The translations under genes and the position numbers were made by a program. Positions 1 through 9,445 of a stretch of DNA of 64,000 nucleotides are shown piece by piece. How positions within the stretch are numbered: the first letter of the stretch is position 1; each line of letters opens with the position of its first letter. This DNA is from an uncultured bacterium. GTDB taxonomy: Bacteria > Patescibacteriota > Minisyncoccia > Phycocordibacterales > UBA11359. The notes below the pieces were generated by a model that saw only the letters and a list, made by a program, of their open reading frames with translations, was not told the DNA's origin and made no database searches. The stretch is taken from contig CAIKZC010000001.1 in assembly GCA_903831815.1 (NCBI GenBank), positions 20,188-84,187 on the forward strand, given 5' to 3'.

Positions 1-420
1 GTCCATCCTATCCGCGAGCGCCATACCCACAGCTTGCGAGAGACCTTCACCAAGCGGCCCGGAACTTGTTTCTAAAAACGGCAAAAAATCGCGATGCGGA
101 TGTCCTTGCAAACGTGAACCAAATTTTCGTAATGTTTTTAATTCTTCGATTGGAAAATATCCGGCATGAGCCAGAGTTGCGTACAAAACCGGACAAATAT
201 GGCCGTTGGATAAAATAACGCGGTCACGTTCGATCCAATCCGGATGTTTCGGGTCGTGATGTAAAACATGAAAATACAATGCCGTAAAAATATCGGCCAT
301 ACCAAGAGCACCGGCCGTATGTCCGGAACCGGCCGCCAACAACATCTCAATAATCGACTGACGAATATCGTTAGCTTTTCTTTCTAATTCAATGATCTTG
401 TTGCCGCTAATGTCGTCCAT
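1..420 (-). CDS. transketolase, N-terminal (TPP-binding) subunit; 3' part continues beyond window start
   Basis: Manual translation of the minus strand from the ATG at 418-420 gives MDDISGNKIIELERKANDIRQSIIEMLLAAGSGHTAGALGMADIFTALYFHVLHHDPKHPDWIERDRVILSNGHICPVLY..., the signature of a split-transketolase N-terminal subunit. It is absent from the ORF track because there is no stop inside the window. Confidence 0.7.
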   Translation of the reverse strand, partial: MDDISGNKIIELERKANDIRQSIIEMLLAAGSGHTAGALGMADIFTALYFHVLHHDPKHPDWIERDRVILSNGHICPVLYATLAHAGYFPIEELKTLRKFGSRLQGHPHRDFLPFLETSSGPLGEGLSQAVGMALADRMD

Positions 421-450
421 TTTTAAATTTTAAAAAACGCCGTTTTTTTG

Positions 451-1155
451 TTAATTTCCAAGATGTTTAAATTCTTTTATCGTCGCACCAATATCTTCAC
501 TTTTAAAAATCGCCGAACCAACCACCAATCGATTCGCGCCGGCGGCAATAAGTTCGGGTGCCGTGTCTAGAGAAACCGCTCCGTCAACACTTATTATAAT
601 CTTTGGGTCGTGTGCTCGCAATGTGCGAATCTTGCCCAAAACTCTTTCATCAAAAGGATTTCCCTGCACACCAATTTCCGCGATGCCCATAAATTGTATA
701 AAATCGATTTTATCCAGAAAAGGATAAAGAGATTCGACTGGTGTATCAATATTTTGCGCGACACCAATCTCACAATCAAAAACATCCGGTTGTTCGCTTT
801 TTGGGAAGCGCTCGCGAAAATCCGATAGGATTTTCGCGAGATTGTCCGTGCTCTCTTCATGTACTACAATGCGTCGCACACCGGCAGCGATCCAATCATT
901 TATCACTTCCTCCGGTCTCATGACCATGAGGTCAACCTCAAAATCAAACTGATCCCAATAAGGCAAACCTTCATCTTCATGTAAAATACCTTGAAAATAT
1001 TCTTCGTCTTCAGTGTACGGCCAAGAAACATCTTCCACAAATTTTCCATCCATAACATCAATTTGTGCCACAGACATATGTCCCGCCACCTGCGCCAGTT
1101 TAGATTGGAGGTCAGTTGTGCTAGTTGGCATCACCGCCGGAATAATTTCGATCAT
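451..1155 (-). CDS. rpe: ribulose-phosphate 3-epimerase
   Basis: 234-aa ORF with the DVMDGKFV motif and C-terminal VVGSAIF motif typical of Rpe; full-length TIM-barrel size. Confidence 0.9.
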   Translation of the reverse strand: MIEIIPAVMPTSTTDLQSKLAQVAGHMSVAQIDVMDGKFVEDVSWPYTEDEEYFQGILHEDEGLPYWDQFDFEVDLMVMRPEEVINDWIAAGVRRIVVHEESTDNLAKILSDFRERFPKSEQPDVFDCEIGVAQNIDTPVESLYPFLDKIDFIQFMGIAEIGVQGNPFDERVLGKIRTLRAHDPKIIISVDGAVSLDTAPELIAAGANRLVVGSAIFKSEDIGATIKEFKHLGN

Positions 1156-1207
1156 TGTGAATTAAATAAAAAAATAATTTTAAATCTTCTATATTTTTCT
1201 GTTTTAT

Positions 1208-1726
1208 TTAAGGTTTAATTTCTTCAATTTCCTCAATTCTCCTCTTATGCCTTTCTTCACCGGAAAAAGGCGTTTCCAACCAAAGTTTTACTGCCGCTTT
1301 AGCTTCGTTTTCATCCAAAAACTTTGCTCCAAGAGAAAGAACATTAGCATCATTATGCTGACGCGAAAGTTCAATAATGCGCATGGCGGTAATCGCTTCC
1401 ATTTCCGCTTTTTTAGCAGTATTTTTATTTTGTCCATCTTGCTCCAAACCAAAACCATAATAGACCGCTGCACGCACGTGTGGAAATTTGTTAGCCACCA
1501 TTGCCTCACCTTGACCCGACGCACCAATTACAATTCCTTTTTCCATTCCGGCATGTTTTGAAATTTCATGTGCGACAGGAGTAATATAATCCGGATAATC
1601 ATCACTTGGATCAAGTTTTTTCGGTCCGCAATCGTGCACTTCATATCCAAGCTCTTCCAAAAAAGGTTTCAAAGCCTCCTTCATCTCAAACCCCGCATGA
1701 TCCGACCCGATAATAATTTTTTTCAT
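1208..1726 (-). CDS. rpiB: ribose-5-phosphate isomerase B
   Basis: 172-aa ORF starting MKKIIIGSDHAGFEMKEAL... (RpiB/LacAB family N-terminus, about 150 aa core plus short tail). Confidence 0.85.
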   Translation of the reverse strand: MKKIIIGSDHAGFEMKEALKPFLEELGYEVHDCGPKKLDPSDDYPDYITPVAHEISKHAGMEKGIVIGASGQGEAMVANKFPHVRAAVYYGFGLEQDGQNKNTAKKAEMEAITAMRIIELSRQHNDANVLSLGAKFLDENEAKAAVKLWLETPFSGEERHKRRIEEIEEIKP

Positions 1727-1781
1727 ATTTATCTTATTTATAAATTTTCATTCATCATTTTACATAATGGATGACCTTTTT

Positions 1782-2111
1782 TTATGAAAACCCAAATAAA
1801 TTACCGCTCAATATAGCAACAAAGAACGATAATATTACAAAAACTACCGCTATTACAGCCAATGTTACCAATAATCTTTTTGCAAATTTTTTATATTGTA
1901 TTCTATCACTTATCGTATTCCCCGACTTAGCTGACAGTTTTCCATATATCCACCCTACAGCTGATCCAATAATTATGGCCAAAATAGATATAGTAAAAAA
2001 CGTAGATATAAAATCATGTCTATCTTCACTAAGTGCAAAACTTATTAACCAAAGCACAATCCAAACACTTTCAAATGAAATCGCTCCAAGTAACCAATAT
2101 TTTTTATTCAT
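1782..2111 (-). CDS. hypothetical small membrane protein (3 predicted TM helices)
   Basis: 109-aa ORF, hydrophobic stretches; located inside the Fic cassette; no recognisable family. Confidence 0.4.
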   Translation of the reverse strand: MNKKYWLLGAISFESVWIVLWLISFALSEDRHDFISTFFTISILAIIIGSAVGWIYGKLSAKSGNTISDRIQYKKFAKRLLVTLAVIAVVFVILSFFVAILSGNLFGFS

Positions 2112-2200
2112 AAAATTTTAAATATTTTATCGATTCTGCTGTCTTAACTACATGATCCACCAGCGTGTACATATACCACCATCTCATTGTCGTATATTTT

Positions 2201-2749
2201 TTATTTATAAAAATCTTCTTCTTCGTAGTAATATGACTGCTCCACACCCTTCATGAAAACTTCACGATCATCAATTTTATCGGTCAAGGCACCACGCAAA
2301 AGCTCGCAAATTTCGAGACTATTCACTGGGCTACGTTGCATAGCGTTCAAATAATCCGCTTTATCAATCTTTAACCAATCAACGCATTGTCTAAGATTTT
2401 TTTTCAATATCAAATCTAACCAAATTCTCATACTCCTACCGTTGCCCTCCATAAACGGATGTGCGATATTCATTTCTACGTATTTGGCTACAATTTCTTC
2501 AAAAGTACTTTCTGACATTTCGCTAATACTTTTTAAACTTTCACTCAGATATAAACAAGAGGCAAACCGGAAACCACCTTTGCTTATATCCTTTGTTCGA
2601 ATTTGGCCAGCAAAATCGTAATGACCACCAAACAAATATTCGTGAATTTGTTGCAACCCTTTTGCTGTACCAATCTCAAAACTGTCAATTTCTTGACTAC
2701 CAAACAGTTTTTTAGCACGTTCTTTGCTGATTTCGTCAACTTCTTGCAT
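2201..2749 (-). CDS. Fic family protein (Fido fold, probable AMPylase)
   Basis: 182 aa with the canonical Fic active-site motif [12 protein letters not shown] (HxFx(D/E)GNGRxxR). Confidence 0.8.
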   Translation of the reverse strand: MQEVDEISKERAKKLFGSQEIDSFEIGTAKGLQQIHEYLFGGHYDFAGQIRTKDISKGGFRFASCLYLSESLKSISEMSESTFEEIVAKYVEMNIAHPFMEGNGRSMRIWLDLILKKNLRQCVDWLKIDKADYLNAMQRSPVNSLEICELLRGALTDKIDDREVFMKGVEQSYYYEEEDFYK

Positions 2750-2786
2750 AGCGATATTATACCATTTTTATTGACATTTTTCTAGT

Positions 2787-3197
2787 TCAAAACCAAACTC
2801 TTCCAAAAAAGGTTTCAAAACCTCCTTCATCGCAAACCTCGCATGATTCGACCCGATAATAATTTTTTTCATATTTTATTTTTTTCGAAATACCCCCCCA
2901 AAAAATCATGATAATAAAAAGATAGATAATGTAAGAGAAAACCAAATCAATAATATGTAGACTAGGACAATTTAAATAACTAGGAAAACTACTTGCCTGG
3001 TCTCTGCAGGATGCTGGTGCAACAAATAAATCGATTATTGCTCCTGGAAAAGTCGGGACTATAACTAAAACTGAGTTTATTGAACTACTGTCCAGAATAT
3101 CATTTTTTTGTGATTCACTTGTGAAATCAAAAAATACAAGCATAATTACAAAAATAACTGTTAACACTACAAGGCTTTTTATAGGTAATATTCTCAT
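2787..3197 (-). CDS. hypothetical membrane protein; C-terminal ~30 aa read out-of-frame through the rpiB fragment
   Basis: 136-aa ORF with an N-terminal signal/TM segment (MRILPIKSLVVLTVIFVIMLVFF). Its 3' end overlaps the duplicated rpiB fragment in another frame, giving a chimeric tail. Confidence 0.4.
   Translation of the reverse strand: MRILPIKSLVVLTVIFVIMLVFFDFTSESQKNDILDSSSINSVLVIVPTFPGAIIDLFVAPASCRDQASSFPSYLNCPSLHIIDLVFSYIIYLFIIMIFWGGISKKIKYEKNYYRVESCEVCDEGGFETFFGRVWF
2789..2872 (-). pseudogene. duplicated 5' fragment of rpiB (first ~28 codons, truncated)
   Basis: About 82 bp with ~90% identity to 1649-1730, the rpiB start region. In the rpiB frame it reads MKKIIIGSNHARFAMKEVLKPFLEEFGFEL*. 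It forms a direct repeat flanking the Fic cassette. Confidence 0.7.
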
Positions 3198-3203
3198 ATA
3201 CAG

Positions 3204-4232
3204 TTATTTTATCGACTCAGCTGTTTTAATAACGTGATCGACCAAAGTGTATGTATACCCCATTTCGTTGTCGTACCAAGCGAAGACTTTGACGAGATTG
3301 CCGCCAACGACGCGAGTGAGAGCGAGGTCTGCGAGCGAAGCATATTTGCAACCGACAATGTCTGATGAAACGAGCGGTTCTTCAGTCACAGAAAATACTT
3401 TACTCCAACGATCGGATTTAGCCGCTTCTTTCAAAATATTATTTACTTCCTCGGCAGTCGTGTCTCGTTTTGCGATAAAAGTAATATCAACGATCGAGCC
3501 AACTACGACAGGCACGCGAATTGAAACACCATCAAACTTGCCTTTCAAATCAGTCAAAACTTTGGTCACAGCGATGGCGGCACCGGTCGATGAAGGCACG
3601 ATGTTTTGCGCTGCGGCACGTCCTTCACGAAAATCTTTTTTGTTTGGTCCATCCACAATTCCCTGACTGGCCGTGTAAGCATGCACAGTGTTAAGCAAAG
3701 CTTTTTCAATTCCAATTTTTTCGTGCAAAATAGCGATAAGTGGTGATCCGGCATTGGTCGTGCAAGAAGCGTTTGAACTGATCACGCAATTTGCCAAAGT
3801 ATCATCATTGATTCCCATGAGCACGGTGCCACCAGCAATGCCTGGCAAAGGTTCGTCTTTGACCGGTGCACTGATCACAACTTTTTTAGCTCCGGCAGTA
3901 ATGTGAGCTTGAGCTTTTTCATAAGTCGTGAAAAGTCCGGTCGATTCAACCACAACATCGATTCCAAGAGCGCCCCATGGCAATTTAGCCGGATCTTTTT
4001 CACTTAAATATTTTATCGCTTTGCCATCCACCACAATACTGTCGCCTTGTACTTCCACAGAAAAATCGCTCACACCGTAAGCCGTGTCGTATTTCAAAAG
4101 ATAAGCAATGCTTTTGATGTCACCAAGATCATTCATGGCCACGATCTCAATTTCCGGATGTTGACGCGCGACTTTTAGAAAAGCTCGCCCGATTCTGCCC
4201 GCACCATTTATCGCCACTTTAATTGTTTTCAT
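3204..4232 (-). CDS. gap: glyceraldehyde-3-phosphate dehydrogenase
   Basis: 342 aa; N-terminal NAD-binding INGAGRIGR motif and catalytic SNASCTTN motif. Confidence 0.9.
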   Translation of the reverse strand: MKTIKVAINGAGRIGRAFLKVARQHPEIEIVAMNDLGDIKSIAYLLKYDTAYGVSDFSVEVQGDSIVVDGKAIKYLSEKDPAKLPWGALGIDVVVESTGLFTTYEKAQAHITAGAKKVVISAPVKDEPLPGIAGGTVLMGINDDTLANCVISSNASCTTNAGSPLIAILHEKIGIEKALLNTVHAYTASQGIVDGPNKKDFREGRAAAQNIVPSSTGAAIAVTKVLTDLKGKFDGVSIRVPVVVGSIVDITFIAKRDTTAEEVNNILKEAAKSDRWSKVFSVTEEPLVSSDIVGCKYASLADLALTRVVGGNLVKVFAWYDNEMGYTYTLVDHVIKTAESIK

Positions 4233-4283
4233 ATTTGCGTATCTATTAATATATAAAGGTATATTTAGTATACCACAGGCTTT

Positions 4284-5729
4284 TTACTTCAAAATCACAC
4301 TTTGACCGACCGTAAATCCGCCGTTTTTGACCGTTCCGGCCGGCAATTCCAAAACATATCGTACAGGTACGTGAGGCATGTATGCTTTTGGATAACTTTC
4401 CGGTGTCATATTTTCCACAATATCGCTAATTTTTAAATCATCAGTTATCCACAAAACATCAATTGGAAAGTTCATGTCTTTCATCCAAATCCCCCAGCCT
4501 GAATCATAACCAAAAACAAAAAACATGCCGGCGTTTGGAGCCAACGATGTTCTGCTCGAAAGACCTTGAATTTGTTCAGCTTCGGTCGTCGCCAATTCAG
4601 CGTTGATATAAATATTTCCGATTTGAATTATTCGAGAATTGGACGTATTTTTTAAATCGGAAATATTTCTTGGTAAAACCATCTCACCGTTCGGAACTTC
4701 TAGAACCTCGAGGTCTTTTTGTCTTTCTTCACCCACTAAAACATTAGATTGTTGATTTAAGATCGAAATCGGAAATAGATCATAAGTCACATTTTCCGGA
4801 GTCAAAGAAATTTTAACCGCCAAACCGCGAGTGGTCGGGCCGGTATTAGCTTGATCAAAAATAAAATTACCGAGGGAATAGAAAATGAATTTATTTTTAT
4901 AATTTTCTATTGGCTGGATCACATGAGGATGTGAACCAATCACAACATCGGCTCCAGCGTCGATGAAAGAATGTGCTGTTTTTATTTGCGTAGATGTCGC
5001 GTTCATTTCGTATTCGTTGCCCCAATGCGCATAAACAACCACGAAAGAGACTTTATCTTTCGCGTTTTGAATTGCTTGCAAGACATTTTTCAACCCTTGC
5101 TGCGCAAATTCGTTGTAACCGATAAAAGCAAGTTTTTCATCTCGGACTTCGGCAATATATGGCGTAACATCTTGATTTCTTGGATCACCAAACCAATTCA
5201 ATCCCGCTTTTTCTATTGAAGAAGTCGATTGCCTAAAACCGGCCATGCCAAAATTAAGAGTATGGTTGTTGGCTTGATCAAGTAAAGTAAAACCTAGATC
5301 TTTGAGTGTCGGCAAAAGTGCCGGATCAAAAGTAAATTGCAACGGTCCATCTTTTACACCGACCGTTAAAGAATTATTGTAAGTAAAAGGACCTTCGGCA
5401 TTTGCCACCACGATGTCATTGGCATTTCCGGTTGCATCTCCCCTCAAAAAATCCTTGATCAAAGCAAAAGGATATTCCGGACCGTTTAAATCTATCTGCT
5501 CCCTAACTTTTCGATCAAGCATCATGTCGCCAAAAGCTAGAATCGTCACAGGTTTCAATGCAATGGGTTTTACTTCAGACAAAACACTTTTTGACGAATT
5601 TGAGACAACCGAACTAAACCAACCGAAGTTAGTTTGACCGTAAAGAAGCAAACCAAATAAGCCAATAACAAAACACCACAATAAACCGACAATAAAAAAA
5701 ATAGTTTTTTTATTCATTAACAAAAACAA
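4284..5729 (-). CDS. CapA/PGA_cap-family metallophosphatase fused to a C-terminal DUF192-like domain; N-terminal membrane anchor
   Basis: 481 aa. Central region has CapA-like motifs (ILAFGDMMLDR, DQANNHTLNFG, VVYAHWGNEY). The last ~110 aa (GMFFVFGYDSGWGIWMKDMNFPIDVLWI...) resemble DUF192. Confidence 0.55.
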   Translation of the reverse strand: MFLLMNKKTIFFIVGLLWCFVIGLFGLLLYGQTNFGWFSSVVSNSSKSVLSEVKPIALKPVTILAFGDMMLDRKVREQIDLNGPEYPFALIKDFLRGDATGNANDIVVANAEGPFTYNNSLTVGVKDGPLQFTFDPALLPTLKDLGFTLLDQANNHTLNFGMAGFRQSTSSIEKAGLNWFGDPRNQDVTPYIAEVRDEKLAFIGYNEFAQQGLKNVLQAIQNAKDKVSFVVVYAHWGNEYEMNATSTQIKTAHSFIDAGADVVIGSHPHVIQPIENYKNKFIFYSLGNFIFDQANTGPTTRGLAVKISLTPENVTYDLFPISILNQQSNVLVGEERQKDLEVLEVPNGEMVLPRNISDLKNTSNSRIIQIGNIYINAELATTEAEQIQGLSSRTSLAPNAGMFFVFGYDSGWGIWMKDMNFPIDVLWITDDLKISDIVENMTPESYPKAYMPHVPVRYVLELPAGTVKNGGFTVGQSVILK

Positions 5730-5732
5730 TCC

Positions 5733-6038
5733 CTAAGAATTACTGGCAATACTTGCGCGAACATCGATAAGTTTTTTCTGATCGTTCAACTCTTTGGTCA
5801 TTTTATCAATTTCCTTAATAGCAGACATGCCCTCTTTTTGCAATCGAACTTTTTGTTCGCCGGCTTCCACGTCAATATCGACGGCTTCCATAAAAAATTC
5901 GAACATTATTTTCTTTTTCAGGTCTTCCGGTAGTTCATTTATATGTTCGGACAAATACGCCCGAGCACCCTTCTCATCACCATTTTCGACAAATGCCATG
6001 AGAGTCTTATATAGTTCTGAGATTTTGTTGGTATCCAT
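5733..6038 (-). CDS. hypothetical protein
   Basis: 101-aa acidic ORF, no recognisable motif; tightly spaced downstream of the 374-aa ORF (possible operon). Confidence 0.4.
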   Translation of the reverse strand: MDTNKISELYKTLMAFVENGDEKGARAYLSEHINELPEDLKKKIMFEFFMEAVDIDVEAGEQKVRLQKEGMSAIKEIDKMTKELNDQKKLIDVRASIASNS

Positions 6039-6057
6039 TTTATTAATATTAATGAAA

Positions 6058-7182
6058 TTATTTTAAGCTAGCTTTTTTAGTATCAATAAAAGGATTGAAC
6101 AGATTTGCGAAGATAGCTCCCCAAAGTCCACGACCGGAATATTTTTTGCCATCCTTTTTCAAACCGTCGACAAATTCATCTCTGATACGATCTTTTTCAT
6201 CGTCGTCGAATTTATCCCAAGACTTATGTTTTTTGGAGACATTTTCCTGTATACATTCTTCCCACATTTGATCGACTTTTGGATCAGAAGGAAAAGTATT
6301 TTTCATATCTTTAAATCCTACCCTTTCCACTTTCAAAGATTCACCAAAAATCGCTTTTGATAAAGCTGCTGTCATATCATAATTACCCTTAATAGTTGCA
6401 CTCAATACTGAACCAATATTTTTTTTATGGTTTTCGAGCTCTGCAAGCCAAGCGCCAACTTCATTTTTTTTTGCTTCGAGCGTCTGAACATCTTTACCGG
6501 AACCGCTCCCTGCAAACATGGTATCAAAAAGTCTTCTATACCACCCCAAAAAACCATCTCCCCAAGATGCCCGAACCATTTCTGAAAAAGCTTCTTCACG
6601 TTTGGAATGATCTTTTATCAACATTGCTTGAGCATAAGCAGTTTCATCCCAACCGTTTTCATCGCACATTTTTTTAACCGAATCATCCAATTTTTTTCGA
6701 CTGTCTCCTTCGTCGCTTTGTTTTTGCTCGATAGCCTTTAAAAGTTTCTCAAAGCGTGTCGAATCACTTATCGCAAGTTCATTCAACCTCGAATCAACAA
6801 CATCCTTCATGTTATCCGCTGTAACTTTCCCAAGTAAGGCTTTAAATTCCTGATCATTTTTACCAAGATCGGTAATTAACTCCACAGTTAACTCTTTTTT
6901 AATAGTTTCAACCTGATCCATCTTTTTTTCAAATGCTACTCGTTGCTTTTCAAGACGATCGTGGTCTTCTTGACGGATCTCTGATTTGGCGATCTGATCA
7001 GCGAGCTGTTCGTCCTCTTCTTCCCCAGTATCAACAAGCATTTGAACAAACAAATCACTTTTTTCCTTGTCAGCTAAAATCTCCTTGACTGTCAAAGGTT
7101 CTTTTTCAACTATTCCAGCTTTCGCTTTTTCTTCCTTATCAATCCTCTCTTGCTCCCTTTGGTATGCTTCGGTTATTCCCAT
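6058..7182 (-). CDS. hypothetical K/E-rich coiled-coil protein
   Basis: 374-aa ORF with charged, heptad-like composition; no recognisable catalytic motif. Confidence 0.4.
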   Translation of the reverse strand: MGITEAYQREQERIDKEEKAKAGIVEKEPLTVKEILADKEKSDLFVQMLVDTGEEEDEQLADQIAKSEIRQEDHDRLEKQRVAFEKKMDQVETIKKELTVELITDLGKNDQEFKALLGKVTADNMKDVVDSRLNELAISDSTRFEKLLKAIEQKQSDEGDSRKKLDDSVKKMCDENGWDETAYAQAMLIKDHSKREEAFSEMVRASWGDGFLGWYRRLFDTMFAGSGSGKDVQTLEAKKNEVGAWLAELENHKKNIGSVLSATIKGNYDMTAALSKAIFGESLKVERVGFKDMKNTFPSDPKVDQMWEECIQENVSKKHKSWDKFDDDEKDRIRDEFVDGLKKDGKKYSGRGLWGAIFANLFNPFIDTKKASLK

Positions 7183-7401
7183 AGTATTAATTGATCCTAG
7201 TAATAAGATTTATACATATAATATTACTCCAAGACACGAATAATTACCATTGAGAAAAAATAAACTCTGCGGGCTGTTTGGTTCGAAGTTGGAACCTTTA
7301 TAAGCACAGTATACAACAAAAACACCCCTTTGTAGGAGTGTCTTTGTAAGCTTTTAAACAAGAGGAAATATGATCCACCGTCTTACGTATCGTTAGACTG
7401 A

Positions 7402-8109
7402 TTATCCTTGTGTTTGAGGGAGACACATAAACGACTCAAAAACCGGAGTTAAAGAAATGGTGGGTAGTACGGAACTGATTAAAAAGTTTGCAGACTCTTG
7501 CAAATCACCCTTCCCAGAAACCCTAACGGTCAATAAACTGGCACTATTTTTGCTTAATACGGTTGCTTGAAGCACAGGGTTTTTTACATCTGGATTAGAA
7601 CACTCTGTGCATGTTTTTGTACCCGCCACATGAGCAATATAACCATTGGTTAATGTGATTGTTTTATCTAGATCCGGTTTACCAAAACCATACGCAACAA
7701 TGTTATCTTTTGGATAACCCGGCCAACCACACTGTCTTGGGCTATACTGAACAGTAATTGAGTCTGTCTTTGCTTCAAAATTATTCATACCACCATCAAC
7801 AAAGTTCCTTTCCTTGATTACCTCAGGGCCTGCATATTTAAATCCAAATCCATATTGAGTATTTGTATACGTTTTCAAATTACTCATCTGGTTAGACGGC
7901 GTTGTGTTCGTCTTTACAACAGCTTGATTGGTCGGAGTGTTTTGAGTAGTTATAGGCTGAGTGTTTCCGGTCGTTGTCTGAGAACTATTTACTTGTTGTG
8001 TCGTCTGACCATTACTTTGTGAATAAATATAAATACCAAATGCTAACACCAATAAAACAATAATTATTGATAAAACCAACACTGCCGAACCTTTTTGTGT
8101 ATTTTTCAT
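7402..8109 (-). CDS. hypothetical membrane-anchored surface protein with Thr/Gln-rich linker
   Basis: 235 aa: N-terminal TM helix (AVLVLSIIIVLLVLAFGIYIY), a T/Q/N-rich low-complexity linker, then a Cys-containing globular domain. Confidence 0.4.
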   Translation of the reverse strand: MKNTQKGSAVLVLSIIIVLLVLAFGIYIYSQSNGQTTQQVNSSQTTTGNTQPITTQNTPTNQAVVKTNTTPSNQMSNLKTYTNTQYGFGFKYAGPEVIKERNFVDGGMNNFEAKTDSITVQYSPRQCGWPGYPKDNIVAYGFGKPDLDKTITLTNGYIAHVAGTKTCTECSNPDVKNPVLQATVLSKNSASLLTVRVSGKGDLQESANFLISSVLPTISLTPVFESFMCLPQTQG

Positions 8110-8206
8110 ATTGTGTTTAATGGTACAACATATTTTACAAAATGAACAGGTGCGTGGTGTAAATTGAATTTTTAAGGAAAACGAGTAGTATTACGTTCAT
8201 AATTTT

Positions 8207-9124
8207 ATGGATCTGCTTATCGCACAATTAGACCAAAAATACAAAGACTTCTTGCGTAATTTGAACTACAAAGAACCTGCCGATTCTGTAGCTTTTGGCC
8301 ATGCGTATGACTACTTTTGTATCATTGAAAAGCAACCTCGAATAAAAGAAATTATCGAAAACGATAGGAAGGAAATTGGATATAAAAAAGATGCTGTCGT
8401 ATTTAATCATCCTTCAATTGACGAGCAAAAAGACATAATGGACAGAATTGAGTGGAATTCCTTGTCTTTCTGCTATGACGAAATGTCGAGAGATATGTAT
8501 ATTCCTACTCTTAAATACAAAAATTCACTTGATGTACTTACACCGAAAGACATCATCGGCATAACTGAAATCCGCCGAGAAAAGTTTATAAGTTTCATGT
8601 TCTATCTCGTCAAAAAAGTAGGAAAATGGTTTGTAACCGATCGATCAGATTCCGACATTGATAATAGAATTGCTCTAGGCAAAATCGAATACAATTTCAA
8701 GCAAGAAAAATATCAGGTCTATATGAGTCGAATCCACTCAATTCTCATTCCTCAACTTTTAGAAATTCACACCAAGAAACCGATAGATGTGTCTGATCCG
8801 GAAGACCTAAACGGCATTTCTTTCGATAAAGAAAATAGCATTTTAAAAATCGGCGACAAAGAGGTAAAAATTACTTTGAAAAATGATAAAACAAACGGTC
8901 ATTATGTTCTCGAATATCTTTTTGAAAATGGCGTGGAAAATCCAGCCGATTATAAAGACATCATCATATCAAAATTCAAAGGCGACAGGAAAGATAACAT
9001 GTCCATTTATCGAGCTTGCAATGACATCAACAAAAAGGTTTCCAAACAAGCCGGTGTAGGTGAATTTTTGGATATTCACAGCGGAAAAACGGGCTGGGTT
9101 CAGATATATTCTAACTTTCTCTAA
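8207..9124 (+). CDS. hypothetical protein (element-borne)
   Basis: 305-aa ORF, no recognisable motifs; first gene of the plus-strand block. Confidence 0.45.
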   Translation: MDLLIAQLDQKYKDFLRNLNYKEPADSVAFGHAYDYFCIIEKQPRIKEIIENDRKEIGYKKDAVVFNHPSIDEQKDIMDRIEWNSLSFCYDEMSRDMYIPTLKYKNSLDVLTPKDIIGITEIRREKFISFMFYLVKKVGKWFVTDRSDSDIDNRIALGKIEYNFKQEKYQVYMSRIHSILIPQLLEIHTKKPIDVSDPEDLNGISFDKENSILKIGDKEVKITLKNDKTNGHYVLEYLFENGVENPADYKDIIISKFKGDRKDNMSIYRACNDINKKVSKQAGVGEFLDIHSGKTGWVQIYSNFL

Positions 9125-9194
9125 AGTTACCCGTAAAATACGGTAACGCTGAAAATATAAGATTGCCTCGCACAAACAAAGTGCGAGCTTTTGT

Positions 9195-9425
9195 ATGTCT
9201 ACATTTTCAAAACAACTGGTCGATAAATGTATCGAATATTTCAAACGTGTTCATCACACGGATATTTCCGTTGATACAGCCAACGAATACCTGCACTCCT
9301 TTGCCAAACTCTACCTAGCTTTCAATCGACCAAACGGCGGGGGCGGCGCCCGCTCCTTATGGGGCGGCGAGGCCCCGCCGGTGGGGGTGACTCCTAAAGT
9401 TATCCTAGGTGTTAGTAACACCTAG
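9195..9425 (+). CDS. hypothetical small protein (doubtful; 3' half lies in a GC-rich hairpin region)
   Basis: 76-aa ORF. The N-terminal 45 aa look protein-like; the C-terminal part (GGGGARSLWGGEAPPVGV) is encoded by GC-rich hairpins that are more likely a replication origin. Confidence 0.2.
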   Translation: MSTFSKQLVDKCIEYFKRVHHTDISVDTANEYLHSFAKLYLAFNRPNGGGGARSLWGGEAPPVGVTPKVILGVSNT

Positions 9426-9426
9426 G
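9335..9426. promoter_or_regulatory. GC-rich hairpin cluster plus perfect 23-bp palindrome CCTAGGTGTTAgTAACACCTAGG (9404-9426); candidate double-strand origin / recombinase site
   Basis: Seen directly: about 70% GC hairpins (GCGGG..CCCGC, CGGC..GCCG) followed by an 11-bp perfect inverted repeat with a 1-nt spacer, 20 bp upstream of the Rep_trans gene start. Confidence 0.35.
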
Positions 9427-9445
9427 ATACGTTGCAATATACAAC

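Noticed and set aside
594-923. ORF-track entries 594-860(-), 610-828(+), 741-923(+) inside rpe
   Set aside because: Short alternative-frame ORFs fully embedded in a gene with a clear Rpe homolog; no RBS and junk-like composition.
1247-1774. ORFs 1247-1561(+), 1288-1527(-), 1568-1774(+) overlapping rpiB
   Set aside because: Antisense or alternative-frame ORFs inside a confidently assigned gene.
3247-3906. ORFs 3247-3666(+), 3566-3754(-), 3688-3906(+) overlapping gap
   Set aside because: Embedded in the GAPDH reading frame region; typical GC-skewed spurious ORFs.
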